The notes beneath the pieces are model-generated. The model made no database searches and was not told the origin of the DNA. It worked only from the letters and a program-made list of their open reading frames with translations. DNA of 62,874 bases, the filler included, from Octopus bimaculoides (taxonomy: Eukaryota): the NCBI RefSeq assembly GCF_001194135.2. It is 6 parts of 6 records of this genome, joined end to end, with 100 filler letters (N's around TTAATTAATTAA, not from the genome) between each part and the next. Parts side by side here need not be neighbours in the genome. Positions count along the whole stretch, not along the records: positions 24,619 to 53,273 come from NC_068992.1; 5 more parts are not named here. The stretch is one strand, 5' to 3'. Positions 36,735 through 49,981 of the stretch are shown in pieces. The translations under genes and the position numbers were made by a program. How positions within the stretch are numbered: the first letter of the stretch is position 1; every line of letters begins with the position of its first letter.

Positions 36735-36985
36735 GAAGAACAACTGCAAAGATGATTTGTTTCTAGGGATCAAATATTTGTGCTGTACATTAGCTCACAC
36801 CTTCCCTTAAAATTGACATTACCTGCAGAGGTGCACGGCGTGCTGCACGTCAGATGCGGAAGTGATCGTAGACCAACGTCAGACGAAGCGTGTTGTTCAA
36901 CAAAGCTACGCATTGATCCACCCGGAAATAGAAACCATGACTTTGTGAACCTGAGTGAAGCACCCTACCCATTAGGCCAATTGCC
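36735..36985 (-). mobile_element. tRNA-derived SINE family E (partial second copy 42010-42130)
   Basis: tRNA-like head GGCCTAATGGGTAGGG; shared body CACCTCTGCAGGTAATG...GTGAGCT.ATGT..GCAC. Confidence 0.6.
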
Positions 36986-37273
36986 TTTATGCAAACACAC
37001 ACGCACACATACATATACACACATACATATACATAAACAGGCAAGCATCTCAAATGACTTGAGGTGTTTGCCTTGCCTTAACGTTTGTTGTCCTCTTTAA
37101 CAATTATATATCTGCTATATCGGGGAAATCTGCAATGGCTCCATAACTACCGTCTCGGCTATGACCTTGGAGCCCTAGTAATCCATTACAGCACTTACCT
37201 AGTCGTTTAGATCACCAGTGAATTAAGCCCCATACTTTATATATATATATGTATGTGTGTGTGTGTGTGTGTA

Positions 37274-37304
<31 letters not shown>

Positions 37305-37619
37305 GCGCATACATACATACAAACATACATACATACATACATACATACATACATAGTTCTGAAAGAGTGAAAATAAGTTTAACGTTTAAAAAGAAAAAAA
37401 AATGACTTTTGACGTTTTGAGCGCAAGTCCTTCTTCAGAAGAAAGAGAAAACGAAAAAGAAGACGATGAGAAAAGTTTGTTGGAAAAAAATTAGGAATTA
37501 GGAGCCAGCTAGGCATGTGGTTGTATGGATGGAATTAAGAAGTGAGGAGGAAACAGGTGAAGTATGAATATAAAGGATGGCATTCGATTATAGATATGAC
37601 ATAGAGGTTGTTGTTGTTG

Positions 37620-37663
<44 letters not shown>

Positions 37664-38157
37664 GGAGTGTGTGGCGGTAGTTGCGTGTGGTGGGTTTGGG
37701 GTGTATATGGGTGTGTGGCGAGATGCAAATATGGGAGAGAAGTGGCATAGGAAAGCAACCATGTAGATGTAATCAAGTTGTATTTTAGAGCAAGATGTTG
37801 AGGGGAGTAAAGAAGTGATGGCAGATTGCGAGTCTGAGGTAAAAGAGAAGTTTAGAAGAATGTGGTATTTAAGAAAAAACACGGATGAAAAATCAGTGTA
37901 AATGGTAGTAGTAGTAATAGTAGTAGTAGTAGTAGTAGTGATTTCGGATTTAGGCACAACACCAGTAATTTCGGGGAACGGGCAAGTCGAGTACATCGAT
38001 CCCAGTGCATAACTGGTACTTATTTTATCGACTACGAAAGTATGAAAGGTAAAGTCGGACCTCGGCGGAATTTGATCTCAGAACATGACTACAGACAAAA
38101 TACCGCTAAGTATTTTGTCCGGCATGCTAAAGATTCTGCCAGCCCGTTGGCTTTATA

Positions 38158-38221
<64 letters not shown>

Positions 38222-38270
38222 TTAAAAAACAAATAATAATAATAATGCTAATAATAATAATGATGATAAA

Positions 38271-38353
<83 letters not shown>

Positions 38354-38486
38354 TTTAAAAAAATNNNNNNNNNNNNNNNNNNNNNNNNNNNNNNNNNNNN
38401 NNNNNNNNNNNNNNNNNNNNNNATAATAATAATAAAATTAAAAAACAAATAATAATAATAATGCTAATAATAATAATGATGATAAA

Positions 38487-38569
<83 letters not shown>

Positions 38570-38946
38570 TTTAAAAAAATGATAATAATAAATAGCCCTG
38601 CAAGGAACAGCTCACATCCTTCGCAAGACAGTATCGATTCAATAATTCAACCCAAACAAAACAATCCACAAACACAAGACATACTCTATATAGTCAATGC
38701 CCAATAAAATAACAACCACCAGCTGGAAGGATACGAAGCACGTTACACACACAATACACAATACAAATTCTAATACAAGAAAAGATTGCACCAGACGCCA
38801 TAACAAAAGAAGCTGCCGTAATACAATACCAGGAAGAGTTTACACTTCCCACCACATCAACAAAAAAGAACACAATGGCGGACACCCCAGCAACACGGAA
38901 GTGTAGCAGATGATGCAGTGGAAATTTGCCCGAAATTACCAAATGT

Positions 38947-39004
<58 letters not shown>

Positions 39005-39020
39005 TGATAATAATAATAAT
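38158..39020. repeat. (AAT)n microsatellite field, interrupted by a gap and a LINE end
   Basis: Direct reading. Confidence 0.95.
38592..38948 (+). mobile_element. R4/Dong-like extreme 3' end embedded in (AAT)n
   Basis: IALQGTAHILRKTVSIQ* (38592-38645) plus ~300-nt 3' UTR, with (AAT)n on both sides. Confidence 0.7.
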
Positions 39021-39021
39021 A

Positions 39022-39414
39022 GAGACAGTCGTTGAAGGTTAAAATGTCTCTATCCTCTGGCGTTTTCCAGTCAACACTGACAGAAAGATCCAAGCTAATC
39101 TACCAGACATAGTCATTAAAGATTAAGAAGAAAATACTTGTAGACAAATAGATGTAAGTGTTCCCGCTGATGAAAATGTATCTGTAAAGGAATTTGACAA
39201 ATTAAGTAAATATAAGGACCTGGAAAATAAAATACAAAAGATGTGGCGTCGTAGAGCAAGAATTGTTCCTGTTTTTGTGGGTGTCCTTGATATGATAAGA
39301 AAGGGATGTCAGAAACATCTAGATAATATCCCAGGAGAACCACGTCTTAGAGAAATCCAAAAGATTGTGATAACAAGCATTACTCACATCTTTACAAAAA
39401 CCCTGTCAATTTAA
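39022..39414 (+). mobile_element. R4/Dong-like RLE endonuclease domain
   Basis: ILWRFPVNTDRKIQANLPDIVIKD...IDVSVPADENVSVKEFDKLSKYKDL (PD..D..K). Begins directly after (AAT)n. Confidence 0.9.
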
Positions 39415-39989
39415 ATGTCTGTGTTGTATTACTGCCCCTGTCACATCCCCTCCCCAAGCTTTCAGTTATATTGTAACATCTCTTAGACTTCAATAAACAG
39501 CGCATGACCTTGCAAGAATTTCCTTCAGGTTTAGCAGCTTATCCCACTCAAAAGATCGCTGAAGAAAGGTTGTTAAAGGATGTTTAACGAAACATTCATG
39601 TTTCTAGAGGTGCCTTATTCAAATCCCAAAGGATTCCTCTCAACATATACCTATGATGCCCCCCCCCCACTACTTCTGCTAATGATTAGAAACGTGCTTT
39701 CTTGCTGCTGTGATAAGTACTTGTTTTGTTACTATCCGTTGTAGGTTTTCCTTTTGGGGATTACCTGTTGTTATCTAAACTGTTTCTGTGTCTTCTGACA
39801 CACTGTATGCTTTAGTAGGTTTGTTTTTGTATTCGTTTTTCCAGTTTAGGGGCGAAATGTTTTTTTTTCTTTGCACAGATGTGCAGCATGGAGTTTGGAC
39901 AACTTCCAGTTTGATTTTGCGGGCTACATCGTGGAGCGGTTGCCTGAACAGGTAACATTGGAGAGCTACATAGCGGACGATGAATGTAA

Positions 39990-41350
39990 AATGGAGGTTC
40001 GAAATAGCAATAATGGAAGCAGTTACACGTCCATGGCCAAAGCTACCAATGAGGATTTACAAGTCAGGCTAGGAAGCTTCAAAGAAACATAATGACTTGT
40101 TACAGAGGGAGGGGATGAACGTAAAATTGACAACCCCCAGAAGAAGCTGTAGACAGCACAAAAACATTTGATATACAGAACGCTGTCATTGTCAACAAAA
40201 GATGGCATTCAAGGATGCCGTCGAAAACTGTTTACTGCAAATATGGCACGACATACAGTTTATAAATAGAGGGAAGCGTTTCGGCACTGTAGAAGTGTGG
40301 TTCGCTTCGGAAAGGGAAGCAAAAGAATATTGAACAATACATCTAAAGTCAGCAGAGTTGGTGTTACTGTCGACTTACCTCGAAAGACGGACCTCCAGAT
40401 TTAGAATTGGGGAGGTCCCACCAGGAATAAATAAGATGTGTCTGATAACAGCCGTAATGTTAAATCTGAATGAAGAAGCTTCTGTACTTGAAGCTACCAA
40501 AACACAACAGCGCAAATGGTAGGGGGCCATGGCCTGGAAGTGGCAATTCAGGCCACCCAGAAGGATCTATAGGAAATTCCAGAACTAATTATTCTGCCAG
40601 ACGAAACTAAATTAAAAGTCTTTGAGGAGGGAAGAAGCCCAGGTGCTTCAAATGCGGGCAAAAATGCCACATAAAGGCTAAGTGCCCACAGGTCATGAAA
40701 CCGGAGGCACACCCTTCACCCAGCATACCACTACAATCTGACGAACCAAAGGAAAGAAAAAGGGAGCCAATCGGCATTGGAAACAGACAAACCCGTCAAC
40801 CTACCAATAACCATCAAAGCTGAAGGAGGGGAGGAAGTCAACCAACACCACGACTAACCCACTGCAAGATATCCCTCCCTCCGAAAAAAGGAAGACATCC
40901 AAGACCACAACAAAACAGCCTAAATTAGGGAAACCATAGACAGAAGAGAGCCCCAAGAGAGACACTCAAATAGAACCAACACCAACCAAAAGCAGCGATG
41001 AATGGATAAAAGTCAAGAGACGAAATAAAACAAAAGGTACCCCACCCTTCGCACTCATAAAAAGATTACCAATTACAACCCGGACACAGCAGTCACAATG
41101 CACACACACAACCCTAAAACACCAAACAAAGAGAACCAAAAACCGGGACTCATACACTTCAGACACGCGGCACAAACATCCTATTCGTTTGCTACATATA
41201 ATCCGTTCACGCTGGACATTTCACCACCATCAATACCTGGAAAAACCAACCACCCTAGATACAGAATCTCACATGTTAACCAGTTCCCAACCGAACACAG
41301 AAACGAAGTTGAAAGACAGTATAACGTAATTTTTGAAATAAGAGTTTAAA
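39990..41350 (+). mobile_element. L1/Tx1-like ORF1 remnant with zinc knuckle
   Basis: MEVRNSNNGSSYTSMAKA N-terminus; GKKPRCFKCGQKCHIKAKCP at 40644-40688; K/P/T-rich linker; many stops. Confidence 0.65.
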
Positions 41351-41444
41351 AAAAAAAATTAATCTGTACCCTGAATGAGGACCGTATGTTTGATGCGTGT
41401 AGTGAATGAGTATAATTGCCGGTGACTCTAAGAGTGGTTTAGGG

Positions 41445-41715
41445 AAGGGGTTTTCAAACTGTGGTCCGTGGACCACAGGGGATCCGCAAGGACAAGACAG
41501 GGGGTCCGTGGACAGCAAATACTTTTTATGGTCAATTTGATTTTATATATGTTTTTTAATCGAAATCTTTTAATTGACAATGAACCTATTTGTTAAAAAC
41601 TGTTAAATAAATAAATGTAAAAATATTTGTTATTTTAAGCAAATATTTATGTATAAATTTCATAAGCGTTTATAAGCCTGAAATATAAAGGGGTCAAAAA
41701 GTTTGAAAACCCCTG
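41445..41715. mobile_element. hAT MITE
   Basis: TIR (C/A)AGGGGTTTTCAAAC with an exact 8-bp TSD GTTTAGGG (41437-41444 and 41716-41723). Confidence 0.92.
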
Positions 41716-44031
41716 GTTTAGGGGATAGCATGACTTTCTTTTCATTAACGTTTGCACGAATTCATTACAACGTTACCCCAATTCATTTTCGTCTGTCTCA
41801 AATGTGAGTATATGTAATTACTAGTATTTTGAATAAAGACTATTGAATATAAGTGGTTGGCGAGGTCCCGGTATCCATCACTCCATTTTTTTCAGCTTTT
41901 TCATCCATTCATTATACATTCGTTTTTTTTTTTACCCAACCCCTTATTGTTTGTTTGTCCTCTATTGTCTATTCTATATCTTAGCCTTTATGGCGAATAA
42001 AGAAAGAAATTTCTTACCGAACAACCACACAGATGATTTGTTTATAGTGATCAAATGTTTGTGCAGACATAAGCTCACTCTCTCCATCAGATCGTCATTA
42101 CCTGTACAGGTGCAATGAGTGCCACATGTCAGATACACATACATACATACATACATACATACATACATACATACATACATACATACATACATACCCGCGT
42201 ATATATATATTCACCGTCAACTAGTAGGAAGCTCCACCCTTAATTATTGGTTTTGCGTTTAACTGTACTATTTGTTTTGATAGGAATAAACTTGTTTTTC
42301 CAGAATTTGTCAATACTTAGTTCGATAAGTCGATCAGATTATAACTTCTGAAAACTTGTCAGTCAGAGTAGAAAGCCATGTGGAGAAGCAAGGGATTTAG
42401 TTATTAGAACGGCGTTAGTAATTAACAGGTACTTAATTAATCTACCTTAAACGACCTCAGTATCAACAGGTATTTAATTTATCTACTCACGAATGAATGA
42501 AGTTTGAAGTTGAACATGGGGACGGGGTAAACTCAAATCGCATCTAAAAGCCATAAGGCATTTGTGCAATATTCTATAATTTTCAACCATTCGCTTTACC
42601 CTCTACTTCTTCCAATGTTTTATATCGGGCTTTTATATAAAACATCAGAAATCAAGCAACAGATATCTTGTCTACCAAAAGCATATGGCTTAAACGGATA
42701 ATGGTTATTTAAATCACTAAACAATACTCTGACATTTACTTCTTCGACAATATTTGTATAAAGTTAAACATGTGAAAAACAGTAATTTTCTATATGATAA
42801 TATTGAGTTACAAATAAATTTGCAACACGATATACCAATATTTTTTTAAAACTAGCTTCTCGTGTATAAATAATAGGTAAATACATACTTACATATATAC
42901 ATATTTTGTTGTTGGCACTCCGTTGCTTACGACGTCGAGGGTTCCAGTTGATCCAATCAACGGAACAGCCTGCTCGTGAAATTCACGTGCAAGTGGCTGA
43001 GCACTCCACACACATGTGTACCCTTAACGTAGTTCTCGGGGATATTCAGCGTGACACAGTGTGACAAGGCTGACCCTTTGAATTACAGGCACAACAGAAA
43101 CAGGAAGTAAGAGTGAGAGAAAGTTGTGGCGAAAGAGTACAGCAGGGTTCTCCACCATCTCCTGCCGGAGCCTCGTCGAGTCCGCTGCCCTAACCACTGG
43201 GCCACATAACATTCATACGAAAACACAAGCGTAGAGTCATTCATACATAGAGTACTACACCAGATCTTTCCGCTCTCAACTTTCTCATCAAGACGACTAC
43301 CGTATGTAGACAAGAGAACTGACATACTTATTTGGTACAAAAACGATAAGTCATGTACACTTAGAGATTAGCTGCCCTGTAGATGTAAATATGTCTTCTA
43401 GAGTCAGCGAGATTGAATATTTATGTACAACTGATTCAGAAAACGCAGTTCTCCCTTGATTATAAATTCACATTTGATACTAATAACTATGGATATACAC
43501 GGTTATGTTAGTGAAGGACTAAACGAAAACTGGAGAAGCTAGGATTTCAAAGGAAATAGCCCGGCTAACACAAACTTTACATACTGTTATCAGGATACTA
43601 GTAATAATGTTACACCTTTCTCAAGTGACGAGTGTTATGTGGTAGTCGCTGTAAATAGATGATATCGGTCAGTATAGGTCGAGAATACGTAGTATACGGT
43701 CATAGACTAGTGTGTCTTACTGGTCTAACATCTCTACTGCTATACCGATGTGGGCGTTATAACAGCCCGACATTTAAGGATTACAACAGTGACGACGAAA
43801 ATTACGACACATAATTAATTTGTAAGTCTAACAGTCAAAATCTGCAAGACGTTTTTAAGTTTGACATGTTATAATTACTCTAATTACTCATTAATATTAT
43901 CCTAAGTCAAGTGGCGGAGTTTTTTTAATTTTTTTTTATTAGAAACCAACTCTCTCCTCGCAAGAATAATACTAATAAATAAAAATTAAAGACATACATA
44001 AACAGACACACACACACATACATACATACAT

Positions 44032-44062
<31 letters not shown>

Positions 44063-44269
44063 TATACACGCACACGCGCATGCACGCATGGGAATCGACT
44101 GCTCTCTGGACACCAATGTGGTTAGAAAAATACAAGAGAAAGACATCTATGGACCGTTGATAAAAAGTTTGTAAATTCAGTATCCAAGTTACACTTTCAG
44201 CTTCGTAACTCTCATTATTAGAGTATCGGAATACTTACTAACCCCTCTGGAGCAACTTATGGCTGAACT

Positions 44270-44400
44270 TCTCCAGATGCCGAGTTGCAAGCCGACTGAC
44301 TTATCCCGGTTAACTTTTGCTCCGGCTTCGTAGTCCTTAATGGCTTTGCCTGCCCTCTGTAGGTGTACCATCTCGGACACGATCAGTGGAGAAAAACTGT
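44270..44400 (-). mobile_element. L1/Tx1-like RT fragment
   Basis: VSEMVHLQRAGKAIKDYE-AGAKVNRDKSVGLQLGIWR. Confidence 0.65.
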
Positions 44401-44629
44401 TGATGGCCCATGCTTCATAGGGAACGTAGAGTTTATGTACGTCCTATATCATACTTAAAGACTCACCCATCCTTATCTTTGTAACTGCAATCAGAACTGT
44501 TGCTACCGTTGTCATGTTTCCTTTGAAAGGATTCGGTGCAAAGTTACGGAGGTGCGACTGTTTGTTCTAGTATTATATCAACAGTAACTTCACAAAGGTC
44601 AGCGGTAACATATCAACAATGAGAAACAC

Positions 44630-45018
44630 TAATAAGAAGCACTAATGAGAAAGAAAGCAAACTATGCTGGATCATAGATATAGCATGTCCAGCTGACATC
44701 AAGGTATGCGATAAGGACGAATGAAAAGTCGATATATATGACAGGTCAGTTTGGGAGGTTAAGCAGTTGTAGTCGATGAAAAAGGTAGTAGTTGTACCAA
44801 TAATTGTCGGAGCCCTGGGAACAGTGAGTAAAAATCTTGAGAAGTACATGGAACAAATAGGGGATGCAATAGGGATGGAGCACTTGCAGAAAACAGCACT
44901 GCTTGGAACCGCTCGAATACTCCGGAAGGTGCCCGAAAAATAAAATGTGTTACCTTAGTTCACTGGTAGTGAACTTCTGACGCCGTAGTATATCTCCAGC
45001 ATTAGAAGCTGTGCAAAG
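44630..45018 (+). mobile_element. R4/Dong-like RLE 3' end
   Basis: CWIIDIACPAD...VVPIIVGALGTV...LQKTALLGTARILRKV (stop 44943); followed by (AAC)n(AAT)n. Confidence 0.88.
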
Positions 45019-45020
45019 GC

Positions 45021-45101
<81 letters not shown>

Positions 45102-45475
45102 TTATCCTAGATATAAAACATTAAATATATTCTGCTTTATGTATCACGTTTCATCATAAAACTCTGTCTGTGCTTTGTGAGCATTCTTCCTAGCAATCCT
45201 GTTATCAACACATACCAAGGAAAATAGAAATCGTTAGTTTTTGACAACTTACTTTTGCCTATCCGAACATCATCATCATCATCATCATCAGTGGGTACGG
45301 TGAACGCTAGCATTAACAGGTTGAAAGCGTTACATGCAGCACATCGGTCACACAATACAGTGCATTAGTTCATTAGTCCAGTATGCTAAGCTGGACTACA
45401 ATGTCGAACTAAAGTACAGAGCAATGCATGGACTCGTACTTACATCAGCGAAAGAAAAACAACAACAACAACAAC

Positions 45476-45542
<67 letters not shown>

Positions 45543-45919
45543 TAGTGACATAATTATTATTTTTGTAACAACAATGATAATATTTAAAACAACAGCAGCA
45601 ACAATAATAGTGATGGTAATAATGATAATTATTATTATTATAATGACAACATTGAAAATGTATTATGCTATAATTACAATGCTGAAACTAAAATGAATTT
45701 GGAACCGCTGCGACGAACAAAAGCCGTGTCACAAGAATAATTCCATAATAGAAAATGTTTACGTGTAGATGGTTTAACACAGAGAAAATCAGGACAATAA
45801 GAATAAAAAACTGCGTTATATTAACTATACACAAAAGCATTTACACACCACATACAATCTCACACACACACACACACAACCACATCTACTGTATCTATGC
45901 ATGGACAAATAAAGCATGC

Positions 45920-46005
<86 letters not shown>

Positions 46006-46226
46006 TAGTGTTATTATCTGATTTCATTCGGGTCTACTCGGGTCACATTTTAAAGATGAGGAATTTTGCCCTAGAGATCACGGGTTTCAATTGAGGAAAC
46101 TCAAAGTCGCCATGCAAACTGACCAGCACTTTTAATATAAGTGTGCAAATTTTCAGGTCAATCCGACTACATTAACTAACACTTTTGGCTGATGAGGCAA
46201 CGTCCGCCCTTTATTACAAATATATA

Positions 46227-46292
<66 letters not shown>

Positions 46293-46308
46293 GTATGTAT
46301 GATGTATG

Positions 46309-46342
<34 letters not shown>

Positions 46343-46404
46343 TATCTATATATATATATATATTTCTTGAGGGAGAGATAGAGATAAATAGATAGATAAA
46401 TAGA

Positions 46405-46438
<34 letters not shown>

Positions 46439-46831
46439 CATACATACATACATGCATACATAATGATTACTTTTATTAGTTTAGACACAATAGATGAGTA
46501 CGCATACCTATATATATATTTTCATATACGTGTGTATACAAGTATGTGCATATACATATATGTTTGAGCGTGTCGTGTCCGTACCTGTATGCAATGCCTA
46601 TGTGCGCTGTTCTGCCCATAAGCACCAGCACCATTACCATTATCAGAAGCAACAACAACAACTGCTGCTAAACAACTTCGACAACAATAACGCCGGAAGA
46701 ATCAGTCTGCGCAATAATACAATCGTTATAGTAATTCTTAATAGTGTTCTTTATTCGAAACACCACACCTGTACTCCTTATCTCCTACTATATTTGTGCA
46801 CATAATAGGAAACTGATCAAGTACGAACCCA

Positions 46832-46857
46832 ATGATGGTGGTGGTGGCGGTGGTGGA

Positions 46858-46904
<47 letters not shown>

Positions 46905-46907
46905 ACG

Positions 46908-46939
<32 letters not shown>

Positions 46940-46969
46940 GGTGGTGGTGGTGGTGGTGGTGGTGGTGGC

Positions 46970-47019
<50 letters not shown>

Positions 47020-47024
47020 GAATG

Positions 47025-47063
<39 letters not shown>

Positions 47064-47065
47064 AT
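46832..47065. repeat. Compound (GGT)/(GTA)/(GCA) trinucleotide repeat with higher-order duplication
   Basis: The block (GTA)n-AA(C/T)GG-(CAG)n-(TAG)n occurs twice. Confidence 0.9.
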
Positions 47066-47962
47066 NNNNNNNNNNNNNNNNNNNNNNNNNNNNNNNNNNN
47101 NNNNNNNNNNNNNNNNNNNNNNNNNNNNNNNNNNNNNNNNNNNNNNNNNNNNNNNNNNNNNNNNNNNNNNNNNNNNNNNNNNNNNNNNNNNNNNNNNNNN
47201 NNNNNNNNNNNNNNNNNNNNNNNNNNNNNNNNNNNNNNNNNNNNNNNNNNNNNNNNNNNNNNNNNNNNNNNNNNNNNNNNNNNNNNNNNNNNNNNNNNNN
47301 NNNNNNNNNNNNNNNNNNNNNNNNNNNNNNNNNNNNNNNNNNNNNNNNNNNNNNNNNNNNNNNNNNNNNNNNNNNNNNNNNNNNNNNNNNNNNNNNNNNN
47401 NNNNNNNNNNNNNNNNNNNNNNNNNNNNNNNNNNNNNNNNNNNNNNNNNNNNNNNNNNNNNNNNNNNNNNNNNNNNNNNNNNNNNNNNNNNNNNNNNNNN
47501 NNNNNNNNNNNNNNNNNNNNNNNNNNNNNNNNNNNNNNNNNNNNNNNNNNNNNNNNNNNNNNNNNNNNNNNNNNNNNNNNNNNNNNNNNNNNNNNNNNNN
47601 NNNNNNNNNNNNNNNNNNNNNNNNNNNNNNNNNNNNNNNNNNNNNNNNNNNNNNNNNNNNNNNNNNNNNNNNNNNNNNNNNNNNNNNNNNNNNNNNNNNN
47701 NNNNNNNNNNNNNNNNNNNNNNNNNNNNNNNNNNNNNNNNNNNNNNNNNNNNNNNNNNNNNNNNNNNNNNNNNNNNNNNNNNNNNNNNNNNNNNNNNNNN
47801 NNNNNNNNNNNNNNNNNNNNNNNNNNNNNNNNNNNNNNNNNNNNNNNNNNNNNNNNNNNNNNNNNNNNNNNNNNNNNNNNNNNNNNNNNNNNNNNNNNNN
47901 NNNNNNNNNNNNNNNNNNNNNNNNNNNNNNNNNNNNNNNNNNNNNNNNNNNNNNNNNNNNNN

Positions 47963-47999
<37 letters not shown>

Positions 48000-48547
48000 T
48001 CCATTTGTTTGTATGACATTTGAGCAAAGTAAACGTCAGGTGTTGACTAGGCAATAATTCTCAGTTCACAAGAGAAGTAGTTGCTGGGCGAAACAATAGG
48101 AATTATATCTTCAAAGATTGGTCCACTTTAGCAGAAACTGCATTACTTTCTTTTATTTGGATTGTTATTTCTGTATTATTGTTTTGAATGAGCTTTACTT
48201 TTAAATTAGTCTATATACATTAATACCCAATATCTGACTAAAAGCACCAAAGTTTATTTCCATTTGATATGCATCGCCCACTTTACGTTCTAAGTTCAAA
48301 ATTTGACTTTGCCTTTCATTGTTTCTGGGTCGATAAGTTAAGTAGCATTTGCGTACTGAGGGTCGATCTAATCGACTGTCCCTTCTCGCCACAAAATTTC
48401 GGGCCTTGTGTCTAGAGTAGAAAAGATATATGATGCGCATTTCACGCCGGCGGTTTGGCAGACGTTTGTGATGGAAACAAAAACATTGCTGGAAGTGTTT
48501 GCATGCGTGTGTGCGTGTATGTGTATGTGTGTGTGTGTATTCATTAG

Positions 48548-48595
<48 letters not shown>

Positions 48596-48602
48596 GCATA
48601 TA

Positions 48603-49390
48603 CGAAGGTGGTATCAAAAGGTTCTCGGACTAGATCTGTAGCGCGCCAACATATGGCAACACACGGTTGTGTGCGCAGTGAAAGCTAGTAGTGACCTTCA
48701 TCAGGCAGTGTGCCGAGTGACATCGCTGTTTACTTCGCAAATTGTGAAACTTGTGTTTTTGTAATCATGTTTATGCTGTAGTCTGCGATTTTTGTCATGG
48801 ACAGGAAGCTGGAATATAGAGCGAACGTGAAATTGGAAGGTCTGCTGCAGAGACATTGGGCATGCTTCTGCAAGCTTACGGCATTGAGGCAATGGATCGC
48901 AAACAATGTTTCAAGTGGCACGGCCGTTTCAAAATTGGAAGAACGTCCCTGGAAGACGATGAGCGATCTGGAAAACCTGTCACAAGCCTCACCCCTGGAA
49001 ATGTGGAGAACATTTATCAGCTTGTGCACGAGGATCGTCGGAGGACAATCAACGACACTGCTGATGTTGCTGGTCTGCTGTATGGATCCGTGCAGACAAT
49101 CCAGTGCCTGGAACCTTCATGACGATAATGTGCTCTGTCACCGAGCTCTCCTTACTCGTGGGTCTCTCGCCAAAAACAACATAGTGTCGCTTCCGCACCG
49201 CCCTTATTCGCCGGATTTAGCTCCTGCAGACTTCCATCTCTTCCCAAAGATCAAAATACGGCTAAAATGTCACCGTTTCCACACCGATGTCAAGATCATA
49301 AGCGAATCGCACAAGGTCCTCGACGTGCTTACGGAAAACGACTTCCAGGCCAGATTCCAAAAGTGGCAGGAACGCTGGGACTGATTTCTT
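48603..49390 (+). mobile_element. Internally deleted mariner element
   Basis: TA+CGAAGGTGGTATCAAAAGG end; CFKWHGRFKIGRTSLEDDERSGKP; LHDDN...PHRPYSPDLAPADFHLFPKIK. Confidence 0.92.
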
Positions 49391-49599
49391 GCCGCAATAC
49401 GAAGATCCGTCGCCCAAACACCACTGCGTATCCACCTCTTCCTCTTTGTTATGTCTTCGTTTCTCTCTTCGTGTCGTTCTCTGACCGGGTGAAACCGGGA
49501 TCAGCTGCTAGTCTGATTATAAAATATAGTGTCTTTCAAAAACATCCTAAATTTGAAGACTATATCTCGTATCTAAGAAGATAAAATTTTACTTTCTTA

Positions 49600-49981
49600 T
49601 TTTTGTTGAACGCTGTCACTCTCTCTCCCTCACACACCTTTTCTTCACATTTTTTTTTGTTAGACGCTGTCAAACTCTCTCTCTCTCTACCTCACACACA
49701 CACACACATACACACACACGCACGCACACACACATTTTCACTTCGCTATGGCAAGAATGGACTTAACAAACGTTAGCAAACTTCAAAATTGGTAAAAGTT
49801 ATGGTTGAAAATCGATTTTTACCGCTATTCCCGGGTGCCTCGGGAAAAATAATTTTATGAAAATACAGGTAGGGTGTGAGGAATGTCCTCCTAAAACTGG
49901 AGCGACATGCGTGCTAATTTGTGGACGTGCATAAATAACATTCACGTACACACACATCCTGTCTTTTATAGATATATAGAT
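49600..49981 (+). mobile_element. Possible non-autonomous Helitron/Helentron-like repeat
   Basis: Internal microsatellite, CCCGGGTGCCTCGGG hairpin, ends acacacatcc..ttttatagatatatagat. Confidence 0.3.

Noticed and set aside
38158-38580. Identical AAT-rich blocks on either side of the 38365-38422 gap
   Set aside because: Unmerged contig overlap artefact.
43205-43800. Complex unique sequence with several 35-55 codon open stretches
   Set aside because: No consistent splice signals or recognisable homology.
45252-45307. Minus-strand mini-exon FTVPTDDDDDDDVRIGK with gtaagt donor
   Set aside because: Built on a (GAT)n microsatellite, weak acceptor, and no partner exons could be linked.
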